Shown here piece after piece: positions 7,898 through 16,185 of a stretch of DNA of 64,000 nucleotides. Numbering within the stretch: the first letter of the stretch is position 1; the number at the start of each line of letters is the position of its first letter. A program made the translations under genes and the position numbers. A model generated the notes under the pieces. The model was not told the origin of the DNA. It saw only the letters and a program-made list of their open reading frames with translations, and searched no databases. Origin of the DNA: a virus; IMG/VR virus record IMGVR_UViG_3300035703_000012, positions 1 to 64,000 of that record, one strand, 5' to 3'.

Positions 7898-8182
7898 ATG
7901 CAACCCACCCACGTCACCAAGTCGGTCCTCGACACCGAGGCCGTTCGGTTGGGCACGGAAGCCCTCCTGCCGCTGGCAGCCACGACAGAGCTGCGTCCGC
8001 TGCACGACCTGCTGAAGCAGGTCCACGCGCTGGCGGTCGCCCTCGGCGAGCAGAACGACCCTCGGCAGCACTGGCAAGGCGACATCGAGCTGGTCGTGAA
8101 GACGCTGTCCGACGCCCTCGATCGCCGCCTGTCGAAGCTCGAGGACTACGACGGCAACGCCGTCTGGCCCATCAGTTCGTAA
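7898..8182 (+). CDS. hypothetical protein, paralogue B
   Basis: DTEAVRLGTEAL...LHDLLKQVHALAV. RBS AAAGGAG. Confidence 0.6.
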   Translation: MQPTHVTKSVLDTEAVRLGTEALLPLAATTELRPLHDLLKQVHALAVALGEQNDPRQHWQGDIELVVKTLSDALDRRLSKLEDYDGNAVWPISS

Positions 8183-8208
8183 GCGGCCGGGAGGGACTAC
8201 CGATCCGG

Positions 8209-8224
8209 GATAACCCCCATTATC
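8209..8224. promoter_or_regulatory. GATAA-N6-TTATC palindrome, copy 3
   Basis: GATAACCCCCATTATC ends 20 nt upstream of the GTG at 8245. Confidence 0.6.
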
Positions 8225-8244
8225 AAGTTACTAGGAGGTCTACA

Positions 8245-8421
8245 GTGTTCATCGTTCACAGCGTGCACCCCCTCTGCAAGTACGCCCTGGTGATTTCGTT
8301 CAAGACCCTCGACGCCGCGATGAGCAACCTGCGCGCCGGCGAGCAAGACGGATCGACGTGCTGGCTGTACCGGGAGGGGATGGAGCCCCCGACGGCGAAC
8401 ACGCCGAAGGTTCGGCTCTGA
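8245..8421 (+). CDS. hypothetical 58-aa protein
   Basis: GTG lies 6 nt after AGGAGG, in frame with the tail of track ORF 7867..8421. Confidence 0.45.
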   Translation: MFIVHSVHPLCKYALVISFKTLDAAMSNLRAGEQDGSTCWLYREGMEPPTANTPKVRL

Positions 8422-8428
8422 CCGGCAC

Positions 8429-8767
8429 ATGAGCACGTACAAGTTTCCTGAGACCCTACAAGACCTCGCGGCGGCACCCTACGTGTATCAAGTTCGAGAA
8501 GGTGCCACCATGTGGTTGAACAGGCCCAGTGCTGGCTGGGTCATGGAAATAGGCATCAATGACCGCTGGCTGCCTAGCTGGTGGGGAAACTACGAGATGG
8601 ACTTAGAGGCCGGCGGCACGCTTGAACAGTGCCTTCAGTTTCTCGGCGTCATCTGGCCCCTCCTGCGGGATCCCGAAACTAACGAGCACGTCAGCAACGC
8701 GCCTTTGGCATGGGACAGCCCAGCCGCGCGGGATGTGTGGCGGCGCTACAGCGATGCCTTGATTTGA
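8429..8767 (+). CDS. hypothetical Trp-rich protein
   Basis: 112-aa ORF with balanced composition. Confidence 0.55.
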   Translation: MSTYKFPETLQDLAAAPYVYQVREGATMWLNRPSAGWVMEIGINDRWLPSWWGNYEMDLEAGGTLEQCLQFLGVIWPLLRDPETNEHVSNAPLAWDSPAARDVWRRYSDALI

Positions 8768-8776
8768 CCCCTGCGG

Positions 8777-8792
8777 GATAACAGCGGTTATC
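8777..8792. promoter_or_regulatory. GATAA-N6-TTATC palindrome, copy 4
   Basis: GATAACAGCGGTTATC. Unlike copies 1-3, no RBS or start codon lies within 40 nt downstream. Confidence 0.55.
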
Positions 8793-8945
8793 AAAAGACG
8801 ACAAGCACTCTCGGCCAGCGCTGCCGCCGTGCTATCCTGATGACCCGCTGACACGCGCCGCCTACCCGTCATAGCAACCTTGAGGGCACCCACCTTGGAC
8901 GGACGTTTGCTGACACCTGAAAACGCCAGTTACAGACTTTCCGTC

Positions 8946-9149
8946 ATGATTGCCGGCAGGGACCCTGACAGCTACCGGCAGTGGCAAGAGAGGGCGCCCT
9001 GCTCCGTGCCGTGGCTGACGCTGACTCCCCGGCGTACGGCGGCGGGCGTACAGCCCTTCCGGGGGCTCACGCTGGTTGCCCCTGGCGGCTACCGCGTCGA
9101 AGGACTGACGGTGGAAACGGCCGCTGCCCTCTTGAAGGCGCTGGCATAG
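8946..9149 (+). CDS. possible 67-aa protein
   Basis: GC3 is high after the ATG at 8946 and the C-terminus looks protein-like, but there is no Shine-Dalgarno sequence. Confidence 0.3.
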   Translation: MIAGRDPDSYRQWQERAPCSVPWLTLTPRRTAAGVQPFRGLTLVAPGGYRVEGLTVETAAALLKALA

Positions 9150-9276
9150 GGACTGTGATCCGCTGAACGACAGAGCGGAATCACCACGGGTATGGCGGGC
9201 TGACAATCCCCGCAGCCTCTGGGTGTCCCCACGCGTGTGGGGGAGGCAGGCCCGAGCGCCTGCAGAAGGAGGACCC

Positions 9277-9519
9277 ATGACCCCAGGACCCAACCAAGCT
9301 GCTTACGACGCAGCGTACGCTCGAGTTGCCAAACGGGTATATGACATCTGCGGTCGCGAAGCCGGAGATGCCGAGGTCGACCGCGTGGTCGATACCTACG
9401 GCGTCAACCTGGTCGACGTCTCGGATCGAGACATCTGGGATGCCGCCACCGAAAGGGCGGACTGGCCGCACGAAGACGAACCGGAAGACAGCTGTGAAAG
9501 AGACGAGCCAATCGACTGA
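9277..9519 (+). CDS. hypothetical acidic protein
   Basis: ATG lies 5 nt after GAAGGAGG. 80 aa. Confidence 0.55.
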   Translation: MTPGPNQAAYDAAYARVAKRVYDICGREAGDAEVDRVVDTYGVNLVDVSDRDIWDAATERADWPHEDEPEDSCERDEPID

Positions 9520-9532
9520 AGTAGGCGTTCGC

Positions 9533-9691
9533 GTGGGCTTGCCTGTTTTAGGCGAACGGGGGCTGCGGCAAGGCCAGGTGGTGGAGCACCTGGGCGAAAC
9601 AGCCTGGGTGCTGTTCGACGACGGCTCCAGGCGCCTGTGTCCACTCGAGGCGCTCGTCGCCGTGGCCCAGGAGCCTTCCCGTGTCCGCTGA
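9533..9691 (+). CDS. possible 52-aa protein
   Basis: GTG start with a weak RBS. The sequence GQVVEHLGETAWVLFDDGSRRLCPLEAL looks like a small beta domain. Confidence 0.3.
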   Translation: MGLPVLGERGLRQGQVVEHLGETAWVLFDDGSRRLCPLEALVAVAQEPSRVR

Positions 9692-10046
9692 AGACCCCAC
9701 GCGCTGCCCGGGCTGCGGCAAGCTTTTCAAAGACCTGCACCGGCACCTGAACCACCCTGGCGTGCCTTGCGGCAAACCCTCGAGCGAAAGCCGCTCGCTC
9801 TCGGCCGTGCTGGCCGCCTTGCCCCCAGCGCTGCGGCTCGATGTCGAGGGCTTGCCCCTGGCAACGGCCGACCAGCTGCGGGCCGTGCTGGGGCTGACCT
9901 CCGAGGGGCGTGCGCTGCTGGCCCGGCCCGCCCAGGCCCGGCTCGAAAGCCGGTCTTACCGCACCTACACCCGCTACACGGGCAGCGTCTGGTTCGACAA
10001 CAACCTCGGCCGCGTTTGGGCGGAGGTGCCTGCCCAGTTGCTTTGA
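9681..10046 (+). CDS. hypothetical protein with N-terminal CxxC...HxH zinc-finger-like motif
   Basis: CPGCGKLFKDLHRHLNH. 121 aa. Confidence 0.5.
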   Translation: MSAEDPTRCPGCGKLFKDLHRHLNHPGVPCGKPSSESRSLSAVLAALPPALRLDVEGLPLATADQLRAVLGLTSEGRALLARPAQARLESRSYRTYTRYTGSVWFDNNLGRVWAEVPAQLL

Positions 10047-10063
10047 GCGAAAGAGATGCTTTT

Positions 10064-10714
10064 ATGAACCTGAAACTGACACTGGCTTGCTGGCTGCTGC
10101 TCTGCAGTGGCTCCGCGTGGGCCAAACCCAACGAGCCGCTGAATGTGGCCTGGCCTTACGCGCGCGCGTTGGGGATCAAACAAGGCGAATACAGCCTCGA
10201 GCGGCCTGCTCGCGTGACTGCTGAGACTTGGGTAGCCCCCGAGGGCGGCTGGACCTTCGAGAAGGCCAAAGCGCTCGCCAACTTGATGATGAACGCGAAA
10301 AAGCCCAAGCGCGTGCACCGGCCCTCGCCCGAGTACACCGTGCTCAACTACCCCAACGGCGCGGTGGCGCTCAAACTCGAAGGCGGCAAGATCGTCTCGC
10401 TGACGGGCCTTGCTAGCGACTGGGACGAGAACAACGACTACCTCGAGTTCACGTACCGCATCAAGGGGGCCTTCACCTACGTCAATGACACCCTGCAGGT
10501 GACCAACATGATGTACATCAAGCTGCGACCCGGCATGACGCACGGGGAGGTTGTCAGCGCGCTCGACGGCAACTACGGCGAGGAGATCTCCGACATGCAG
10601 TTCGGCGAACACCGCATCAGCAGCTACGTCTACAAGAACTTCATTGGGTCGTTCATGACGCTGACGTTCCAGGACAACGTGCTGACAGGTAAGCAGCAGG
10701 TCGGCCTGGACTGA
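10064..10714 (+). CDS. secreted protein (Sec signal peptide)
   Basis: MNLKLTLACWLLLCSGSAWA|KP has the n-h-c organisation with an AxA cleavage site. 216 aa. Confidence 0.6.
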   Translation: MNLKLTLACWLLLCSGSAWAKPNEPLNVAWPYARALGIKQGEYSLERPARVTAETWVAPEGGWTFEKAKALANLMMNAKKPKRVHRPSPEYTVLNYPNGAVALKLEGGKIVSLTGLASDWDENNDYLEFTYRIKGAFTYVNDTLQVTNMMYIKLRPGMTHGEVVSALDGNYGEEISDMQFGEHRISSYVYKNFIGSFMTLTFQDNVLTGKQQVGLD

Positions 10715-10729
10715 ACGAAAGGAAACGCC

Positions 10730-10927
10730 ATGTCCGCTTACATCCTCCGACGCCCCATCTCCAGCGACCCGCACCTCGCGCGCGAGGGCATGGTCGTCAG
10801 CCGTCACGAGACGCTCGAAGCCGTGGAAGAGGCCCTTTGCGACAGCCGCGCAGGGGCGCAGGCCCAGGGCGGCTACAGCCAGGACTATCTCTGGGACGAG
10901 ACCGCTCAGGCGCGTATCTCCTGGTAG
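10730..10927 (+). CDS. hypothetical protein
   Basis: 65-aa ORF with a GAAAGGAAA-type RBS region upstream. Confidence 0.5.
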   Translation: MSAYILRRPISSDPHLAREGMVVSRHETLEAVEEALCDSRAGAQAQGGYSQDYLWDETAQARISW

Positions 10928-10929
10928 CT

Positions 10930-11208
10930 GTGAATACCTTTCCGGGCGTCGTTACCTTTGAGCCCGACCACCCCGTTAAGCTCACCCTCCACGGCTGTCA
11001 CGCACGCTGGGTGGCTCGGCTCAACCCACCCGATGTGGCGTTGCCTGGGCATGTCATCACCTTTGCGATCAGCCGCACCCACGCTGAAAAACACCTGGCC
11101 TGCGAGCTGTATGCCGATGTGCACGGCTGCGAGCCAGAAGAGGTGAGCCTGGACCACGCCTGGGCGTGGTTTCAGGCCGAAGGTTTTTACGTCACCTGGC
11201 TGGCTTGA
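10930..11208 (+). CDS. hypothetical protein
   Basis: GTG lies 2 nt after the upstream stop. 92 aa. This is the last gene of the + arm. Confidence 0.4.
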   Translation: MNTFPGVVTFEPDHPVKLTLHGCHARWVARLNPPDVALPGHVITFAISRTHAEKHLACELYADVHGCEPEEVSLDHAWAWFQAEGFYVTWLA

Positions 11209-11450
11209 AGCCAGCTTGAATCCCACTCGGAGACCAGAAATTTCTCATCGTCCAGCACAATGACGGTTTTTTGGTCTTCGGTTTTGTGAAGGTAGACCAG
11301 GCTCTGGCCGATCCCTGGTTGTTGTTTTTCGACGCGCTCCAAAAACGCCAGCGGGTGGGCCGGCCCGGACCCGTCGTTCACGTTCATGTGGAGCACCACG
11401 TACGCGCGAAGCACGTCTTCAAGGTGCATAAAACTGAAAGCCATCTGCAA
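11187..11450 (-). CDS. hypothetical protein, last gene of the late arm
   Basis: 87-aa ORF with lower GC. It is convergent with 10930..11208 and overlaps it by 22 nt. Confidence 0.5.
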   Translation of the reverse strand: MQMAFSFMHLEDVLRAYVVLHMNVNDGSGPAHPLAFLERVEKQQPGIGQSLVYLHKTEDQKTVIVLDDEKFLVSEWDSSWLQASQVT

Positions 11451-11571
11451 CCTGCTTTGGTGAAACTTGCAAGGCCTAGCTTAGCCCATTCGGCAAAACA
11501 TGCCAAGAAGGACGGGAAAACCTTGAATTTCTTCGATTAAGCGCAGGCCCGTTAACCCAAGCAAGCTCCAC

Positions 11572-13419
11572 TCAGCGCCAGCTCCACGTCACATTGCGCT
11601 CGCATGACAGCTGCCCGATCAGCCTGATGTCCGAGGCCGCAGCGCCCATCATGCCGCCCTCCACCATGCCCGGCTCGAGGTTGCCCTCCAGCTGGGCGAT
11701 CTGCCAGTTGACCACGGCCACGCAGTCGGCCAGGTCCTTGGAGATCTTGCCGCGTCCCGGCACGGCGCTGTCCTTGTTCTTGGGGTGGGCGATCGACTCG
11801 CCGTTGCGCAGCTCGATGTGCTTGAGCTCCTCGATGAGCGTCGGGTGGTTGGGGATGCGCACCAGCCCCGCGTTCAGCCGCGCCCGCAGCATGTCGTAGA
11901 GCTTCTTCTGAAACGGCCCCGAGAAGTGGAACTCCCGGGTGACGACGTTCTCCCGGAACAGCCGCTGGATGCTGCCCGCCGAGTTCCAGTGGTCGAACGT
12001 CAGCCGCTGCATGTTCCGCTTCTTGGCGATCTCGATGAGCACCTCCTCCACGTTGACGAGGTCCACCGGCGCCACCTTGTTGCGGCCGAGCGGCTTGGGC
12101 ATCCACTCCAGCACCGCGTCGATCACCGTCACGATGCCCACCTCGCTCCACTCTGCATGCCCCACCGCAAAGCCGAAGCTGTCGCGCTTGAGGCCGGGGT
12201 CGCAGTGCCCGATGCTGATGACGTTGCTGTGCGTCAGCGGCGTCACCGCCACCTGCAACCCCGCCATCTCCCGCGTCTCCCCCTGAGACGCCCCCTTGGC
12301 CTCGCCCAGCCCCCGGTTGATGACCTGCGGCTGGTGCGCGATCACCGCCTGGGGGTCCCGCCCGGCTGCCGCCTTCTCGATGACGGCCGGCATGAAGAAC
12401 GACGTGGCCGACCCCGGCCGCAGGTTCTCGTAGTCGCGGGCCGCCGCCACGGGGTCCTTGACGTAGTCGCTGGCGATGCCCGAGTCGTCCTTGGAAAGCG
12501 TCGGGTTGAAGTCGAACGTCGTCAAGTCGAAGACCAGACACCCCTGCCGCTGCCGGTCCCAGTCCTCGCGCACGAGCTGCTCCATGAAGTCGCCCTCGCA
12601 CTTCACGGACGAAAGCGCGATGCGCTTGGCCGCGTCCTTGTAGGTGGCCGTCGACTTGCCCACGCGGGTGTAGACGTCCTGGGCGTTGCTCGTATGCCCC
12701 TCGTCGGCGCTGAACATCGCCAGCTCGTCGAAAGCCACCATCACCGCCGTGCGGCCGACGATGGAGGTCGCTTTGGAGTGGCCGCAGGCGATGATGACGC
12801 CCTTGCTCGCGCACTCGATGTCGAGCTCGCGCACCACGATTTCCCCCTGCTCGATCATGTTCTTGAAGAAGGTGGACTCCGTCACGTACTTCTTCACGTA
12901 GTAGAAGATGGTGCCGAGCACCTGCCGCTCTGTGCTGGCGATGACGGTGATGTAGATGGGCGAGCTCTTGGGCACGCCCAGCTCGTGCTGCGGACACGGG
13001 CTCGTGATGTGCTTGAAGAACTCGTAGACGATCGCGAGCGCCACGGAGCTCGACTTGGCGCTGCGCATGCCGGCCTGGAACGTGATGTTCTGGTAGCTGA
13101 AGCGCGGCTTCTCCGGCTTGCCCTCGAGCACCCGCTGCATGTTGGTCTCCGTCAACAGCTGGCTGGGGTCGCGCCAGTTGGTCTTCTCCGACTGGACCCA
13201 CTGGTCGAGTAAGGCCTGCTCCTCGGCGTTCATCGTGTCGCCGAACATCGTCTTGAGAAACACACGCTGGCTGAGAAACAGCGGCACGTCGAAGGCGTCG
13301 ACAATGGTTTCCACGAACTCCACCGGCCCGAGCTGCCGCGCTGCCGCCTGCACCTTGACCAGCTTCGAGCTGACCTGGTCGAGGATGTTGAGGTTCAGGT
13401 TCTTGGCGGGCGTGCTCAT
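11572..13419 (-). CDS. terL: terminase large subunit
   Basis: Walker A-like QAGMRSAKSS, Walker B VMVAFDELA, and RNaseH-like nuclease half HCDPGLKRDSFGFAVGH...KDLADCV. The ATG at 13419 overlaps the upstream stop (ATGA). Confidence 0.9.
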   Translation of the reverse strand: MSTPAKNLNLNILDQVSSKLVKVQAAARQLGPVEFVETIVDAFDVPLFLSQRVFLKTMFGDTMNAEEQALLDQWVQSEKTNWRDPSQLLTETNMQRVLEGKPEKPRFSYQNITFQAGMRSAKSSSVALAIVYEFFKHITSPCPQHELGVPKSSPIYITVIASTERQVLGTIFYYVKKYVTESTFFKNMIEQGEIVVRELDIECASKGVIIACGHSKATSIVGRTAVMVAFDELAMFSADEGHTSNAQDVYTRVGKSTATYKDAAKRIALSSVKCEGDFMEQLVREDWDRQRQGCLVFDLTTFDFNPTLSKDDSGIASDYVKDPVAAARDYENLRPGSATSFFMPAVIEKAAAGRDPQAVIAHQPQVINRGLGEAKGASQGETREMAGLQVAVTPLTHSNVISIGHCDPGLKRDSFGFAVGHAEWSEVGIVTVIDAVLEWMPKPLGRNKVAPVDLVNVEEVLIEIAKKRNMQRLTFDHWNSAGSIQRLFRENVVTREFHFSGPFQKKLYDMLRARLNAGLVRIPNHPTLIEELKHIELRNGESIAHPKNKDSAVPGRGKISKDLADCVAVVNWQIAQLEGNLEPGMVEGGMMGAAASDIRLIGQLSCERNVTWSWR

Positions 13420-13784
13420 CCGGCGTGCACCAGCATCACCGTGCGCGTCTCGCCTTCCGTGTTGGTGTAGTAGAGGTAGGCGTAGTAGCCGAAGCTGTAG
13501 TCCAGCAAGAATATCCAGTCGACCTCCCCAAAGCCCCACACCGCCTCCGTCAAGCCCGTGGCAGCGCTGTGCGCGCCCAGCAGCGTGAACGTCTCGTCGT
13601 AAAGCTGGTAGCCCGCCTCGAGGTCCAGGTCGGGGAGCTCGAAGAACGGGTCGGAGACCTTCACGAACAGCACGTCGTCGGTGTGGGCCAGGGCCCGGTA
13701 CAGCGTGGGGGCCGGCAGCGCGTCAAGCAGATTGGCATCGCCGACCTGCGCGATCCACTGCGCGAGCACAGGCGTCAGCGTCAT
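13416..13784 (-). CDS. hypothetical acidic protein coupled to terL
   Basis: 122 aa with ATGA overlap with terL. It sits where a small terminase would, but no DNA-binding-like features are visible. Confidence 0.55.
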   Translation of the reverse strand: MTLTPVLAQWIAQVGDANLLDALPAPTLYRALAHTDDVLFVKVSDPFFELPDLDLEAGYQLYDETFTLLGAHSAATGLTEAVWGFGEVDWIFLLDYSFGYYAYLYYTNTEGETRTVMLVHAG

Positions 13785-15616
13785 CGCTTACCTCTCCGCT
13801 GTTGGGCAATCCGCTGGTTGTTCCGCTCCGCCAGCTTTTTCCACTCCTCTACATTTGCGCTGATGCGCTGCGACGTGATTGTTGCTTGACGACTTGTGAA
13901 CAGCTTCTGATTCACCGCACTTACCGTGGCTTGGGCAGCTTCTCGTGCCAAACTGTTGTAGCCGTCCTTGTAAGAGCTGATGGTTTGCACCGGATACACT
14001 CGGCCCGGGTTCTTGTTCAGCACTTCGTTGAACTCGCTCAACCTGTCCTCATACGCCTTTAACTCTCTCTGTTTTTGAAAGTTAGGAATCACAACGGGGG
14101 TCACAATAGGTACGTAGTTGCTGTTCTCCGATGGCACCGGCTTGGGCGTGGGCTGCGGAGAGCTCGGCCTCGCAGCCGGAGGTGACACGGCAGGCTTGGG
14201 AGAAGAAGCAGAAGAAGCCGCAGACGTACCCGGCAATAATGGAACTTTGTAGTTGTAAGCTTTCACTAGAAGCATGGTGGATTTTTGTTTTTCGTAAACT
14301 TGTTCTAAAATTTTTCTGTCTGCAGGAGGTAGGGTTTTGGCATACGCAAGCATTTCTTCAACCCCTTTTAGGTTGTTTTGAACCGTTTCTGGGGAGTATT
14401 GCGCACCTTCCACTTCTGCAGCAGAAGCGTCAATTATACGCGCGTCCTTTTCTAACTCTTTGCGCGTGCCGGCAGGCACGCTGCTGGAAAGCTGGCTCAG
14501 GCTGGCGGTGGCGTTAAACCCTCGCAAGTACAAAAAGTTGGACGTTGCGGTGTCCTGGTTGGGCGTTGCAGCGGGGTTGGGAGTTTTTCCGAAGGGTCCT
14601 CGCGGTTTTTCCGTGGGCGCTGGCGTTGCCGGGTTTGCCGGAGCCACGGGTTGGGAAGCTGCTTGATCCGCGTTGGCTCCTGCCGGCGGGGTGGCATCCG
14701 GCTGAGGCACGATCTCCGCCAGCGTGGCCAAAACGGTCGGCAGCGGCACGGGCTTGCCGTAGGCGCTCTTGCTGTTGAGCATGTCGTCGCTGTTGGTCAC
14801 GATCATGCTGACGCGGTAGTAGACCCGGTGGGCGGTGGCGTAGGTCCGCACGATCGAGTGGATGTACCCTCGGAAGATGTGCTCGTTGTCGAAGCGAATG
14901 TGGTGGTCGATGCCTGACAGGCTGGCGTCCTTGACGTTGTTGTTGTCGCTCTCGTCTTCCCAGCCGATGAGAAGCCCCACCTCCTTGCCGGCCCGCACGG
15001 CGTAGGCCAGGCGCTGCGACTTTTCCCAGGCGTTCTGGTAGTCGGGAAAGTCCGTGTCGTAGGTGGGCTTGTCGTCGTGGCTGACGTACTCGTCGTGGCC
15101 GATGAAAGCCCCCACGAACTCGATGCGCTCCTCGGCGATGCCCATGTGCTGGTAGACCGGGCGGGCGCCTGGCACGTTGAGCTTGGCGATGTTGGCTTTG
15201 CTCATCAGGTCCATGCCGGCGCCCACGCCCGGCACGGGCTGGCCCTGCTTCTCGAAGAAGCTGCGCCGGGCGGGTGCCATCTCGAAGAGCACGGCGTTGT
15301 TGTGGTCGTAGCCGTAGCGGCCCGTGTCGCGGCCCCGGTTGGCGACGGCCAGCTTGAAGTAGGTCTTGCCGCCCACGCCGCGCGTGTACAGGCCCTGCTT
15401 GGGCGGGTTCCACAACGTGGGAACCGGAATCTTCAAGAAGTCGCCCGCGTTGCTGGTTTCCGCTGGCGTAACCGGCGGGGTGTTGGTGTCTGCCGCAGGC
15501 TTGTGCCTTCTTGCGGCCTTGTTGGGTTTTCTGGCGGCGCCCCCGCCTCTTGCAGCCGCGGCTGCCGGCTTGGCTTTGCGTCGCCTTGCTTTGCGGCTTA
15601 CTACGTGTTGTGTCAC
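13781..15616 (-). CDS. large hypothetical protein with basic termini and Pro/Ala/Ser linkers
   Basis: 611 aa. The N-terminus is RKARRRKAKPAAAAARGG and the C-terminus is QRIAQQRRGKR. An in-frame segment of about 42% GC lies within it. Confidence 0.65.
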   Translation of the reverse strand: MTQHVVSRKARRRKAKPAAAAARGGGAARKPNKAARRHKPAADTNTPPVTPAETSNAGDFLKIPVPTLWNPPKQGLYTRGVGGKTYFKLAVANRGRDTGRYGYDHNNAVLFEMAPARRSFFEKQGQPVPGVGAGMDLMSKANIAKLNVPGARPVYQHMGIAEERIEFVGAFIGHDEYVSHDDKPTYDTDFPDYQNAWEKSQRLAYAVRAGKEVGLLIGWEDESDNNNVKDASLSGIDHHIRFDNEHIFRGYIHSIVRTYATAHRVYYRVSMIVTNSDDMLNSKSAYGKPVPLPTVLATLAEIVPQPDATPPAGANADQAASQPVAPANPATPAPTEKPRGPFGKTPNPAATPNQDTATSNFLYLRGFNATASLSQLSSSVPAGTRKELEKDARIIDASAAEVEGAQYSPETVQNNLKGVEEMLAYAKTLPPADRKILEQVYEKQKSTMLLVKAYNYKVPLLPGTSAASSASSPKPAVSPPAARPSSPQPTPKPVPSENSNYVPIVTPVVIPNFQKQRELKAYEDRLSEFNEVLNKNPGRVYPVQTISSYKDGYNSLAREAAQATVSAVNQKLFTSRQATITSQRISANVEEWKKLAERNNQRIAQQRRGKR

Positions 15617-15898
15617 TTACCCCTCCCAGCAGCGCCGGACGTGGCGTTGCTGCCGGTACAGCGCATTCATGAGGTACACCACGAATACCACCTGGTTGCT
15701 CTGGTTTTCTGGGTATTCGAGGATGACAATGTCCCCGTCCTGGTCGTCCGCGCCGAGCACGCGGAGCTCCTGAAAGCTGACCTCCTCGCGCAGCAGCTGT
15801 TTGAAGCGCTGGGTGAGGTAACCCGAAGGCAGAATCCACACGAGCCTGCGGGTGTGCTCGCTGACAGCCGTGACGCGTGGAGCCTTCAGCTCGGTCAT
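15617..15898 (-). CDS. hypothetical protein
   Basis: 93 aa from the internal ATG of track ORF 15617..16189. The ATGA-type overlap with the upstream gene follows track coordinates. Confidence 0.45.
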   Translation of the reverse strand: MTELKAPRVTAVSEHTRRLVWILPSGYLTQRFKQLLREEVSFQELRVLGADDQDGDIVILEYPENQSNQVVFVVYLMNALYRQQRHVRRCWEG

Positions 15899-16182
15899 GG
15901 CTCGCTCTCCGCCTCCGGCGAGTGGAACCACGTGTGGTTGAGCTGCTTGATCTCGGCCAGGTGCTGCTGAAAGAGGTAGCAGACGAAGCTGACCTCGAGC
16001 ACCTTCTCGTGGGGGTACTGGCATGTGAGCCGGGCTTGTCCGCTCTTGAGCGGCCAGATGTTGCCCTTGAGCTCGACCTCGCCGAGCAGCTCCTGCAGGC
16101 GATCCGCAAAGTAGGTGTTGCCGAGCAGCCACGTGAGCTTGTAGCTGCCGTCTTTGTTTTGCTGGACCACCGGCTCGGCCAT
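15895..16182 (-). CDS. hypothetical protein
   Basis: 95-aa ORF with balanced composition. Confidence 0.55.
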   Translation of the reverse strand: MAEPVVQQNKDGSYKLTWLLGNTYFADRLQELLGEVELKGNIWPLKSGQARLTCQYPHEKVLEVSFVCYLFQQHLAEIKQLNHTWFHSPEAESEP

Positions 16183-16185
16183 GGC

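Noticed and set aside
8848-9205. Seven CTGAC(A/G/T) pentamers within about 360 nt, considered as possible iterons.
   Set aside because: The spacing is irregular (6-95 nt). Four of the seven are simply Leu-Thr codons (CTG ACN) of the candidate ORF 8880/8946..9149. There is no extended conserved flank.
15894-15898. My manual base count placed the ATGA overlap one nucleotide away from the ORF-track coordinates.
   Set aside because: This is probably my own counting error. The track coordinates are internally consistent (lengths divisible by 3), so I kept them.
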